From an uncultured Candidatus Saccharibacteria bacterium (GTDB taxonomy: Bacteria; Patescibacteriota; Saccharimonadia; Saccharimonadales; Saccharimonadaceae), in assembly GCA_963520835.1 (NCBI GenBank), contig CAUQSJ010000004.1, positions 18,158 through 82,157 on the forward strand: DNA of 64,000 nt, written 5' to 3'. Shown here one piece after another: positions 42,873 through 51,526 of the stretch (position 1 is the stretch's first letter; each line of letters begins with the position of its first letter). Made by a program: the position numbers and the translations under genes. Under the pieces are notes generated by a model. The model saw only the letters and a program-made list of their open reading frames with translations. It was not told where the DNA came from and searched no databases.

Positions 42873-43607
42873 TTAGGCCATAAATAGAAAATAAAAGGCA
42901 ATGGTGTTTTTGAGGATGTGTAAAATGATTCCGGCATAAATCGTACCAGTAGTTTCGCGCATCAAACAGGCGACCACGCTGAGTGTGAAGACATCGACGC
43001 CGACATTCCATTGACCGTGGAGAAAACCAAAAAGAACAGAAACGATTAAGATTGAGGTGACCAATGAATGGTTTTTTCGAAGTTTGCCGTAGATAAGTCC
43101 GCGGTAGATAACCTCTTCAAGAATCGGTCCGACTATTACCAGTGCAATAGCTGCTAGAATTTTGCCAGATGGCGAAATTAAGGTGGAATAAAGTAGGGGT
43201 TGAGCTTCATTAAGATTAAACCATGAAAAAACTGAGAAAAGTGCGGTAAGAATGGCAGAAAAAGCGAGATAACCGAAGAAGCCGGCGAGCGCGAGCCCAA
43301 TATCGGAGAAGGTGACTAAATTATTTAAGCCAAGCTCGTTACGGGCGACGGGAGCCCTGAGTGGTTTTAGATGTTTAAAAGTGAGGAGGAGAAAAAGAAA
43401 ACTTAGGGTATAGACTAAGGCGGAAAAAAATGTAGCAGCGAGGGGTGTTTTTAAGGTGTCGGAGCCAAGAATGACTAGCATTGGTACACCCACGATAAAT
43501 TGCGCGGCATAAAAAGTGACAATAGCTAAGATTGGAAGATAAACGAGATCTGAACCGGATTTTAGTGATTTGACAATTTTACTTGAAAATGAAGGTTTTG
43601 ATGTCAT
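42873..43607 (-). CDS. CPBP family intramembrane glutamic endopeptidase (CAAX protease-like)
   Basis: 244 aa, polytopic. Motifs EEVIYRG (EExxxR) and FGFLHG (FxxxH). Confidence 0.8.
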   Translation of the reverse strand: MTSKPSFSSKIVKSLKSGSDLVYLPILAIVTFYAAQFIVGVPMLVILGSDTLKTPLAATFFSALVYTLSFLFLLLTFKHLKPLRAPVARNELGLNNLVTFSDIGLALAGFFGYLAFSAILTALFSVFSWFNLNEAQPLLYSTLISPSGKILAAIALVIVGPILEEVIYRGLIYGKLRKNHSLVTSILIVSVLFGFLHGQWNVGVDVFTLSVVACLMRETTGTIYAGIILHILKNTIAFYFLFMA

Positions 43608-43608
43608 A

Positions 43609-44961
43609 TTAATGGAAGATACGGATTAGATCTAAAATCGTGACGAGAATAAACATGGCGAAGAGGAAAAGGAAGGTGGTGGCAATAATTTTCCCTTCTG
43701 CCTCGGTGGAAAGTTTTTTCTTGATTAATTTCGAGATAGTAATCATGGTCCAGCGGCCACCATCGAGGGCTGGAATTGGCAGAACATTCATACAAGCGAG
43801 TGAAATGGAGATGATGGCGGTAAGGAAGAGTAGTTCGGTGAGACCAGCACTGACAAAGCTTGGGAAGATGACACCGATAATGCCGACTGGACCAGAGACG
43901 GATTCACCGGCTTTGGCGAGTTCTTGCTTGCCAGATTCTTTAGCTTCTTGATTACCGGTAATTTGTTTAGCAACTCCAGAGAAGAGATTCTTCACCATAT
44001 CATAAAGACCACGGAAAGTTTCGCCAGTAATTTGGGCGGTGGTGCCAAGACCGATGAGTGGCGCATCGATTACGGAATAATGGGCGAGGAATTGCCCATC
44101 CATACGCATGGAAATGCCAAGAGCTGGTGAATTATCTCCTGAATTTAAGGTGACTTCGTGTTCGCTAGTGTCCTTGGTGGTCGGATCGAAGGTACGATAG
44201 ACTACAGTTTGCCCGAGATGAGATTTGTTAAAATCTTGAACATCAAGGGTGGAGGTTAGCACTTTCCAGTTATCTTCATTCTTGGCTTTAGCATCATGGA
44301 TAATTGTATTAGCCTTCAGAGTGCTATGACTGGCTGGAGAGTCTTCGATAATTTTATCAATATAGATTTTTGGCATGGTGAAATGCGCTTTTTCATTGAT
44401 ATTGAATTGATTATTCATAAATTGAGGCATGCCGGTAATGGCGAGAATGGTAAAAATTAGAATACCATAAAGCCAGTTCATGGTAACACCGCCGAAAAGA
44501 ATGGCAGTTTTTTGAAGATAATTCGTGGCGCCAAAAGTATGGGGCTTGGTTTCAGCATCTGATTCCCCATCCATGGTACAAAAACCACCAAGTGGCAGGA
44601 GATTGATACTGAAAATTAGATAATCTTGTTTGTAAAGTGGGTCATTCTTGTATTCGGTGCTAGGAATGAAAAACCAGACATATTTATCTTTTTTAGTTTT
44701 ATCCTTCCCCATGGTGAGTAATTTCTGGAGACGTTTTTGATTAACTTTGGCCTTAGATTCGGATTTTAATTGATCATAAAACTTTTGGACTTCTTTGGCT
44801 GGAAGATGCAACCAGGCGAGTTTGCGTGGCGGAAGACCGATGCCGAATTCATTAACTCTGACACCAGATTTTTTTGCCATAATGAAGTGGCCAAATTCGT
44901 GAATGACGACGAGTAATGTGAGGGCGATAAGGCCGATAAAAGCACCAAATAAAATATTCAT
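43609..44961 (-). CDS. rseP: M50 site-2 protease RseP-like with a PDZ domain
   Basis: 450 aa. HEFGHF zinc motif in TM1 and NVLPIPALDGG near the C-terminus. Confidence 0.85.
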   Translation of the reverse strand: MNILFGAFIGLIALTLLVVIHEFGHFIMAKKSGVRVNEFGIGLPPRKLAWLHLPAKEVQKFYDQLKSESKAKVNQKRLQKLLTMGKDKTKKDKYVWFFIPSTEYKNDPLYKQDYLIFSINLLPLGGFCTMDGESDAETKPHTFGATNYLQKTAILFGGVTMNWLYGILIFTILAITGMPQFMNNQFNINEKAHFTMPKIYIDKIIEDSPASHSTLKANTIIHDAKAKNEDNWKVLTSTLDVQDFNKSHLGQTVVYRTFDPTTKDTSEHEVTLNSGDNSPALGISMRMDGQFLAHYSVIDAPLIGLGTTAQITGETFRGLYDMVKNLFSGVAKQITGNQEAKESGKQELAKAGESVSGPVGIIGVIFPSFVSAGLTELLFLTAIISISLACMNVLPIPALDGGRWTMITISKLIKKKLSTEAEGKIIATTFLFLFAMFILVTILDLIRIFH

Positions 44962-44983
44962 ATATCTATTTTAGCACAAGAAA

Positions 44984-45012
44984 AATAGAATAGGTTTTTC
45001 GCCTACTCTATT
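44984..45012 (-). terminator. rho-independent terminator after tsf
   Basis: 11-bp stem with one mismatch (AATAGAATAGG/CCTACTCTATT), 7-nt loop, minus-strand T-run. Confidence 0.5.
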
Positions 45013-45032
45013 TTTATATATGAACAAATATT

Positions 45033-45623
45033 TTATTCAGTAACGCCGAGTTCGATGCGCTTGAATTGCTTAACGGTGATGTTTTCACCAGTTTTTGCAA
45101 TCATCTCCTTGATGAATTCTGCAACAGTCTTAGAATCATCGAGAATGTAAGGTTGGAGCATCAAAACTTTGTCGGAGAAAGCTTTTTTGACTTGGCCAGA
45201 AAGGATTTGTTCCTTCATATTTTCTGGACCCTTGAAGTTAGCTTCGAATTCTTCCATTTTAGCCTTCATAGTTTCGGCTGGAATATCTTCTTCGGAAACG
45301 TAAAGTGGGGCCATGGAAGCAACTTGCATAGCAAGTTTGTGAGCAAGATCTTTGAACTCATCGGTGTTAGCGACGAAAGAAGTTTCACAGTTTACTTCGA
45401 TGATAGCGCCGAGACGGCCGTCGTGAATGTAAGCGTCGACGATACCTTCGCGGGTTTCACGGTCGCCACGCTTTTCAGCCTTAGTGAGGCCTTTTTCACG
45501 CATAGCCTTGAGAGCTTTGTCAAAATCGCCATCGGCTTCGACAAGAGCTTTTTTAGCATCGGTGAGACCTACGCCAGATAATTCTTTAAGTTTTTTGATA
45601 TTTTCAATGGTAATTTCTGCCAT
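45033..45623 (-). CDS. tsf: translation elongation factor Ts (short form)
   Basis: 196 aa with an N-terminal UBA-like ..IKKLKELSGVGLTDAKKALVEADGDFDKA. Confidence 0.9.
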   Translation of the reverse strand: MAEITIENIKKLKELSGVGLTDAKKALVEADGDFDKALKAMREKGLTKAEKRGDRETREGIVDAYIHDGRLGAIIEVNCETSFVANTDEFKDLAHKLAMQVASMAPLYVSEEDIPAETMKAKMEEFEANFKGPENMKEQILSGQVKKAFSDKVLMLQPYILDDSKTVAEFIKEMIAKTGENITVKQFKRIELGVTE

Positions 45624-45647
45624 TTTTATCTCCTTAATAGATGAAAA

Positions 45648-46334
45648 TTAGTTTTTGGCGGATTTGATAGCTTCGACAAAGTAATCAAGAATGAGCTTTT
45701 CAGCCTTAGTGGAATCGTCGTTAGCTGGAATGACGATGTCGATATCGGTTGGATCAACATTGGTATCACAAATAGCGATTACAGGGATGTGAAGAGTCTT
45801 GGCTTCCTTGATAGCGTTCTTATCTTCGCAAGCATCGGTGACAATGATAGCAGCTGGTTGATCAGTCATGTCTTTGATACCACCGTAACGAGTGTTAAGT
45901 ACGGCAATTTCTTCTTGGAAGCGTTGAACTTCGAGCTTAGAATAGCGAGCTTCGAGTTCACCGGTCTTCATGCGGCGTTCGAGGTCTTTAACCTTCTTGA
46001 TTTGGCGGTTAACGGTTTCGACGTTGGTAAGAGTACCACCGACCCAACGTTCGGTAACGTATGGCATGTCGACAGATTCAGCGGCTTCTTTAACGATGGT
46101 TTTGAGTTGCTTTTTGGTGCCAACGAAAAGAATTTTCTTGCCGTCTTTAGCAATTTTCTTGGTAAGAGCAAGAGCTTCTTCGAGGCCAGCTACGGTCTTT
46201 TCAAGATTAATAATGTGAGTGTCTTGGCGCTTGCTATGGATGTATGGGGCCATTTTTGGGTGCCAACGTGAGGTCTTGTGACCAAAGTGAGCTCCTGCTT
46301 CGAGGAGTTCTTTCATGTCGATAGTCTTGGACAT
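45648..46334 (-). CDS. rpsB: 30S ribosomal protein S2
   Basis: Start at ATG 46334 (AAGGAAA RBS; the track ORF begins at GTG 46352). LLEAGAHFGH motif. Confidence 0.93.
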   Translation of the reverse strand: MSKTIDMKELLEAGAHFGHKTSRWHPKMAPYIHSKRQDTHIINLEKTVAGLEEALALTKKIAKDGKKILFVGTKKQLKTIVKEAAESVDMPYVTERWVGGTLTNVETVNRQIKKVKDLERRMKTGELEARYSKLEVQRFQEEIAVLNTRYGGIKDMTDQPAAIIVTDACEDKNAIKEAKTLHIPVIAICDTNVDPTDIDIVIPANDDSTKAEKLILDYFVEAIKSAKN

Positions 46335-46490
46335 GTTTTCCTTTCCCTTCACTTCATCTTGTCTTCAGGAAAACGGATGAAGCTGTTTCATTAAATTAAT
46401 TACTTTTCTATCTTAACATAAGAGGTGGAATCTGTAAAGCTAATTCCCTATTGAAAAAACCGCGAGTATCTGATAAAATGGTGACTAATT

Positions 46491-46823
46491 ATGAGTAAAC
46501 AAGAATTGCATCCAAAAGATTATCGCTTTGTGGTTTTTGCTGATGACGCTGCGAACTTTTCTTTCTTGACCAAGTCTACCGCTAAGAGCGAAGAGACTAT
46601 CAAGTGGACCGATGGAAATGAATATCCACTCGTGAAGGTTCAAATTTCTTCGGCTTCTCACCCATTCTTTACCGGTGAAGAGAAGATTATCGATACCGAA
46701 GGTCGCGTTGACCGCTTCAAGGCTCGTGCTATGAAAGCAGAAGCTTTGAAACAGGCTCTCGCTAACAAAGCTGCCAAGCAGATCAAAGAAGCTGAGAAAA
46801 AAGCAGAAAAAGCTGAAGCTTAA
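46491..46823 (+). CDS. rpmE: 50S ribosomal protein L31, type B (no Cys zinc motif) with a Lys/Ala-rich C-terminal extension
   Basis: 110 aa. Pattern [11 protein letters not shown]....F.T.S..... and [13 protein letters not shown]. Confidence 0.82.
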   Translation: MSKQELHPKDYRFVVFADDAANFSFLTKSTAKSEETIKWTDGNEYPLVKVQISSASHPFFTGEEKIIDTEGRVDRFKARAMKAEALKQALANKAAKQIKEAEKKAEKAEA

Positions 46824-46830
46824 GTCTAAA

Positions 46831-46856
46831 ATAAGGCCAAATGGCCTTATTTTTTT
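46831..46856 (+). terminator. rho-independent terminator after rpmE
   Basis: 8-bp stem ATAAGGCC/GGCCTTAT with loop AAAT, followed by TTTTTT. Confidence 0.7.
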
Positions 46857-46883
46857 GTGAAAAGTGGAATTATATATTATAAT
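46855..46883 (+). promoter_or_regulatory. sigma70-like promoter of tRNA-Val
   Basis: -35 TTGTGA (46855-46860), 17-nt spacer, -10 TATAAT (46878-46883). The tRNA starts 12 nt later. Confidence 0.45.
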
Positions 46884-46894
46884 GGAGAAGTTAT

Positions 46895-46971
46895 GGATCT
46901 TTAGCTCAGTTGGCTAGAGCGTACGATTCACATTCGTAAGGTCACTGGTTCGAGCCCAGTAAGATCCACCA
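46895..46971 (+). tRNA. tRNA-Val (anticodon CAC), CCA encoded
   Basis: Acceptor GGATCTT/AAGATCC, D arm AGCT-CAGTTGGCTA-GAGC, anticodon arm TACGA-TTCACAT-TCGTA, T arm ACTGG-TTCGAGC-CCAGT. Confidence 0.92.
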
Positions 46972-46983
46972 AGACATTTTTTG

Positions 46984-47005
46984 AAATCCCGGGAAGGGAT
47001 TTTTT
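46984..47005 (+). terminator. rho-independent terminator after tRNA-Val
   Basis: 7-bp stem AAATCCC/GGGATTT with loop GGGAA and a T-run. Confidence 0.6.
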
Positions 47006-47042
47006 GTTGGAAAAGAAAAAAGATGGGGGTTATTGTTTGAAT

Positions 47043-47076
47043 AAAAAACATCAGGTAGTATTCCCTGATGTTTTTT
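47043..47076. terminator. bidirectional terminator (serves CDS 47095-48138)
   Basis: 8-bp stem ACATCAGG/CCTGATGT with an 8-nt loop, AAAAA upstream and TTTTT downstream. Confidence 0.6.
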
Positions 47077-47094
47077 GTGTAAGTCTACCTAGTA

Positions 47095-48138
47095 TCAACT
47101 CTCCTTAAAAAGGCGTGGATTTTCAGGTAATAAACCGTCTTTGATTAGTTTATGGCGAATTTCATATGCACGATTAATTTTTTCTCTATTATTTTCATTG
47201 AATAGATGTGATTCTTGTTCCTGACGGATGGATTCGCGGTGATTATCAACGTAGTCAGATTTATTACGAACACCTTCTGGGGTAGGTATTTCATATGCGG
47301 CACTAAGAGCGTTGTCAAGTTTTCTATATAGCCATTCTTCTGTTTTTTCAGCAGAGGACCTGAAGTCATCAACACTATAGTCTTTTTCTAGTTTTGACAA
47401 ACCGTCTTTATTAAATGTTTTATATAATGCTAGTTTAATCTTATTAAATTTACCGTACTTAATATCTCTAAGTTTTTCTGTAGCTACTTCTTTGTTGTGC
47501 TTCAACTCGGCAATTTCTGCCTTCTCCTGTTCGATTGATCGATTTGCGTTAAAAGTATCGAGAGCTTCTTTGTTTGCCAGAATTTCGTCAACTAAAGCAA
47601 TAGAATACTCTTTTTGTATGTAGGGATTTTCAAAACCCCTAAATTTCTCTTTTTCTTTTCCAAGGTAATACGGACTATTATATGCCTGAGGCAAGTCTAT
47701 TTCGTCTGTACGCTTGTTATGTTCATCAGTGTAGTTTTTTCCCGTGGCTATTCCTAAAAGATTTTTTACTACTTTCGTATTGTCGCCGGCAATTAATCCA
47801 CTAGAGTATGTGCGGTCTTGTGCATATAGGACACTCTTCTTTAAAAAAGAATCCTCTTTTTGAGTAAAGCCTTTACTAAGGTCTATTAGGGTGTCAAGAT
47901 ATTCTTTTGAGGCTTCTTGTGGGGTTAATACCTCAACATTCTTAAGCGACTCTTGTTTAGTTAGATAACTATCACTGTCGTGATTGTCTGAAACTTGGTT
48001 GTGGTGTGTTTCATTGTATTCATGCACTAATTGCTTTGCTTTCTCTGCGTTAAAGCTTTCTGACATTCCGGCTAGAGTATCTAGATTTTTATTATTTTCA
48101 GTATCGTTTTCTGGTCTATTATTTAGCTTTTCTTGCAT
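47095..48138 (-). CDS. hypothetical soluble protein (347 aa), orphan, lower GC, TGA stop
   Basis: Long clean ORF with its own terminator. Lys/Glu/Asn-rich, with no TM, no signal peptide and no motif I recognise. Confidence 0.55.
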   Translation of the reverse strand: MQEKLNNRPENDTENNKNLDTLAGMSESFNAEKAKQLVHEYNETHHNQVSDNHDSDSYLTKQESLKNVEVLTPQEASKEYLDTLIDLSKGFTQKEDSFLKKSVLYAQDRTYSSGLIAGDNTKVVKNLLGIATGKNYTDEHNKRTDEIDLPQAYNSPYYLGKEKEKFRGFENPYIQKEYSIALVDEILANKEALDTFNANRSIEQEKAEIAELKHNKEVATEKLRDIKYGKFNKIKLALYKTFNKDGLSKLEKDYSVDDFRSSAEKTEEWLYRKLDNALSAAYEIPTPEGVRNKSDYVDNHRESIRQEQESHLFNENNREKINRAYEIRHKLIKDGLLPENPRLFKES

Positions 48139-48460
48139 TTTATATTCCTTTATATATAACCTTAAAATAATTTTACCATAAAAGTTTTTTTTGGGGTGCT
48201 TATCTAAGAGGTTCAGACATTGATTTATTATTGGATTGATTATGAAGTTATTATAGCATTTTTGCTAGTTTCTCCTGGATACTCATACGCTGGACGGCTA
48301 ACGACTATCGGGCTTTCTCAAAAGGATTTTATGTAGTTCAATTAGAAAGTTAACGAACACTTAGCGATGTATTTAGTAACCCAGAGAATTAGTAAACTTC
48401 CGATGGAAGAACATGGGCTGATTGGCTTAGTAAAACTTGAGAATAAATCGGAAAAAGAAA

Positions 48461-48484
48461 ATACCTCCTATAACTAGGAGGTAT
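48461..48484 (-). terminator. rho-independent terminator after CDS 48513-49160
   Basis: 9-bp stem ATACCTCCT/AGGAGGTAT with loop ATAACT, flanked by an A-run and a T-run. Confidence 0.7.
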
Positions 48485-48512
48485 TATCGTTTTTTCTTAA
48501 CACTAATTACTG

Positions 48513-49160
48513 TTATTGTTCAGCGAATACCTGAAGCATTGGTTCAGGATTGAATTGAAGCAAGGTGGAGTGGTTAGTAATCCACATCTTCAGATAATCG
48601 GGGTGATTCTTGAGGTAGTTATACTCCCTGACCTTCACTATGCGTGGGTCACGCGTAGTGAAGCTCAGTCCGTGTCCGTCCTGATTGTCACCAGTGTGAA
48701 CTTTTTCATTGGCGAGAATAGAAACATAGCCTTCGTGCTGCTTCCAGTCGGCAGTTACCTTACCGGTGACAAAAACATTCTTTTTTAGTAAAGCTTCGTC
48801 GCCGTCATCTTGAATGAAGCACACTACTTCGTCACCGTTATTAAACCATCGATCAGAGCGAATAGTTGCAAGAAGAGGTTTTGACTCTGCCTGTTTCATG
48901 GCTGCCAGAATCATCTGGACGGAATTGAAGGACTCATCTTGCTCTTGTTCTAATTGATTTAATTCATTTTCAGAAATATCCATTTCAGACTGAGGAGAAC
49001 TGGTTACACAAGAGATCATCGTTTCTTTAGTCAGATAATACCCTGCTAGATTTTCAAGATTTTCATTACCAAGAAATGGTAAGTCAAAGTCAGATGGCAG
49101 TTCAATGTTTCTTAAGTATTCAGTAACAAGATTTTTAGTGTTAATTGTTTGATTTGTCAT
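48513..49160 (-). CDS. hypothetical protein (215 aa), acidic N-terminal half, orphan
   Basis: Clean ORF with AGGAG RBS 9 nt upstream of the ATG. No recognisable motif. Confidence 0.55.
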   Translation of the reverse strand: MTNQTINTKNLVTEYLRNIELPSDFDLPFLGNENLENLAGYYLTKETMISCVTSSPQSEMDISENELNQLEQEQDESFNSVQMILAAMKQAESKPLLATIRSDRWFNNGDEVVCFIQDDGDEALLKKNVFVTGKVTADWKQHEGYVSILANEKVHTGDNQDGHGLSFTTRDPRIVKVREYNYLKNHPDYLKMWITNHSTLLQFNPEPMLQVFAEQ

Positions 49161-49435
49161 AGCGCAAATCTCCTTTCTTTAATAAGACTCAGTATGAGTC
49201 AATACAAACAGGGGTTATTTGCTGCTTAGCAGCGCAGGAGATACAAAATTTATATACCCTACGCTGCCAAGCATTAGACAAAACAAATGAAAAACGACAT
49301 TAATGTACGATGGATTAAATCCATGATTGCTATATTGTAGCATAATTAGTTTATTTTGTCAAATAAGCGTAATAGGTTTGGAAGTTTGAGTTTTTGATTG
49401 GATTCTTCGAAAAGTTATTATATAATTAACCTAAT

Positions 49436-50500
49436 ATGGACGAAAAAATCAAAAGTTTAGAGTTGGAATTAACTCAACTTAATCAATTCTTGGAAAACCC
49501 GAAGGTTTACCTCGAGAGTGATTTTGCTGCAAAATCGAAGAGGAAGGCAGAGGTCGAATCAATTTTGGATTTAAAAAATGAAATTACTCGCGCAGAGCAG
49601 CAAATTAAGGATGATGAAGCGATTGTTTTAGATCCTGAACTTGGCGAGATGGCAAAGCTTGAAATTCAAGAGCTTACCGAAAAAATTACGGATTTAACTA
49701 GGCAACTTGATGATAAGCTAATTCCACGTGATCCGGATGATCACAAGCCAGTGATTATGGAAATTCGAGCTGGGGCCGGTGGCGATGAGGCTTCGTTGTT
49801 TGCGGGCGAACTTTATCGTATGTATTTACGCTATGCAGAAAAACATGGTTTTAAAGTGGAACTGATGAATGAAAGCTTAAATGAAACCGGTGGTGTGAAA
49901 GAGGTGGTCTTTAAGATGGACGGAGACACGCCTTTCGGGACGATGAAATTTGAAGGTGGTGTACATCGCGTGCAACGTGTGCCAGTGACCGAGTCGCAGG
50001 GGCGCATTCATACTTCTACGGTGACGGTGGTGGCTTTGCCGGAGGTGGAGGAGTCGGAAATTGTGATTGATGAAAAAGATTTACGGATTGATATTTTTCA
50101 CGCGGGCGGACATGGTGGTCAATCAGTGAACACGACTAACTCAGCTATTCGTATTACGCATTTGCCGACCGGAATTATGGTGGCAATGCAAGATGAGCGG
50201 TCTCTCCGTCAAAATAAGGAGCGTGCCATGATGGTACTACGTACACGCTTAAATGATATTCAGCGAGCAGAGGCGGCGAAAAATGCTTCGGCAGCGCGTA
50301 AAAACTTGATTGGTACGGGCGACCGATCGGAGAAGATTCGTACCTATAACTTCCCACAGGATCGCGTGACAGATCACCGCATTCATTATTCCAGATCGAA
50401 TGTAAATGCAGTAATGGATGGTGATATTGACGATATTATCTCAGAATTGAAGAAGTGTGAGCTCGATGTAATTCGTACGGAAAACGGTATTTCTGAATAA
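49436..50500 (+). CDS. prfA: peptide chain release factor 1
   Basis: 354 aa with the PVT tripeptide (RVQRVPVTESQGR) and GGQ (HAGGHGGQSVNTT). Confidence 0.93.
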   Translation: MDEKIKSLELELTQLNQFLENPKVYLESDFAAKSKRKAEVESILDLKNEITRAEQQIKDDEAIVLDPELGEMAKLEIQELTEKITDLTRQLDDKLIPRDPDDHKPVIMEIRAGAGGDEASLFAGELYRMYLRYAEKHGFKVELMNESLNETGGVKEVVFKMDGDTPFGTMKFEGGVHRVQRVPVTESQGRIHTSTVTVVALPEVEESEIVIDEKDLRIDIFHAGGHGGQSVNTTNSAIRITHLPTGIMVAMQDERSLRQNKERAMMVLRTRLNDIQRAEAAKNASAARKNLIGTGDRSEKIRTYNFPQDRVTDHRIHYSRSNVNAVMDGDIDDIISELKKCELDVIRTENGISE

Positions 50501-50515
50501 TTTTCAAAGGAGAAA

Positions 50516-51436
50516 ATGGCAACCACGGTAAAAAGTTGGCTGGATGTTTCGAAGCAGATTATCAATCCGACAGAGGCGGAGATTATTTTGGCGGTCTCAA
50601 TGGATGTACAAGACCGCAGTTTTTTCGTGACTCACGGAGCGGATAAAATCTCTGATGAAGCGCGGAAGAAAGCGGATCAGATGGTGGCTTTGCGCTCAAA
50701 TAAGGTGCCACTCGCATATATTCTAGGGGTGAAATGGTTTATGGGGCGACCTTTCTTGGTGAATCAAAATGTTTTAATTCCCCGTCCGGAGACGGAACTC
50801 GCGGCGGAGCTGGCGGGAAAACTTTATTATCGAATTATTGATGGGAAATTTAATAGCGGAGAGCAATCCGATATAAAAAAGCCGGTGACAATTGTGGATG
50901 TGGGGACCGGTTCGGGCTGTATCGGTCTTTCGGTGGCTTTGGAATGCGCAAATAGCCAGGTGATTGGTCTCGACATTTCGAAAGATGCGCTAACTGTGGC
51001 ACGAATTAACCGGGATAAATTGGGGGTAAAAAATATTAAATTTTACAAATCAGACCTTCTTTCGACGATTTTACGCTTGAAGATTCGCCCAGAGATTATT
51101 GTGGCAAACTTACCATACGTGGATGAATCTTGGGAGTGGCAGTCACCAGAATTGCAGTATGAACCAAAACTAGCGCTTTATGCGGATAAGGATGGTTTGG
51201 CACAAATTTACCGTTTGCTTGATCAAATTAAGCGAAATTATTTTACTGCGAAAAACCTGGAAGAACTTTCGGAGTCAGAAATTCAGAATGAAATTGAAAC
51301 AAATTATGTGATTATCGAATCAGATATGAGTCAGCAGCAAAAAATTACTGATTATGCGGAAGAATTAGGTTTCGAGTTAGGATTAAAGAAAGATTTAATT
51401 TTAGGATTTTTCTATCCAGTGGATAAGCTGAAATAA
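50516..51436 (+). CDS. prmC: release-factor glutamine N5-methyltransferase PrmC/HemK
   Basis: 306 aa. SAM motif VDVGTGSGCIG and an NPPY-type motif present as NLPY. Follows prfA. Confidence 0.85.
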   Translation: MATTVKSWLDVSKQIINPTEAEIILAVSMDVQDRSFFVTHGADKISDEARKKADQMVALRSNKVPLAYILGVKWFMGRPFLVNQNVLIPRPETELAAELAGKLYYRIIDGKFNSGEQSDIKKPVTIVDVGTGSGCIGLSVALECANSQVIGLDISKDALTVARINRDKLGVKNIKFYKSDLLSTILRLKIRPEIIVANLPYVDESWEWQSPELQYEPKLALYADKDGLAQIYRLLDQIKRNYFTAKNLEELSESEIQNEIETNYVIIESDMSQQQKITDYAEELGFELGLKKDLILGFFYPVDKLK

Positions 51437-51493
51437 TTTTTTGGTGGAATTTTTAGTTAAAATAAGAATTCCAATAATACATATTATAATAGA

Positions 51494-51523
51494 TAAAAAA
51501 TAACCCCGGAGGGTTATTTTTTG
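51494..51523. terminator. bidirectional terminator between prmC and the HtrA-like gene
   Basis: Stem ATAACCC/GGGTTAT with loop CGGA, embedded in AAAAAA...TTTTTT. Confidence 0.65.
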
Positions 51524-51526
51524 ATT

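Noticed and set aside
46352-46385. Hairpin CTTCATC..GATGAAG in the rpsB leader as an S2 autoregulatory element
   Set aside because: It is a single 7-bp stem. The known rpsB leader motif is defined for other phyla, and I cannot match it from sequence alone.
46451-46479. TTGAAA, 17 nt, TAAAAT as the rpmE promoter
   Set aside because: The hexamers are good, but the -10 ends only 11 nt before the ATG. That would remove the GGTG Shine-Dalgarno-like sequence from the transcript. The site is plausible only if the mRNA is near-leaderless, so it is left uncalled.
46972-49435. Calling the tRNA-Val-adjacent segment an integrative mobile element
   Set aside because: There is no integrase, recombinase or transposase ORF. 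I could not find a direct repeat of the tRNA-Val 3' end at the distal boundary by eye. It is therefore reported only as a compositional island.
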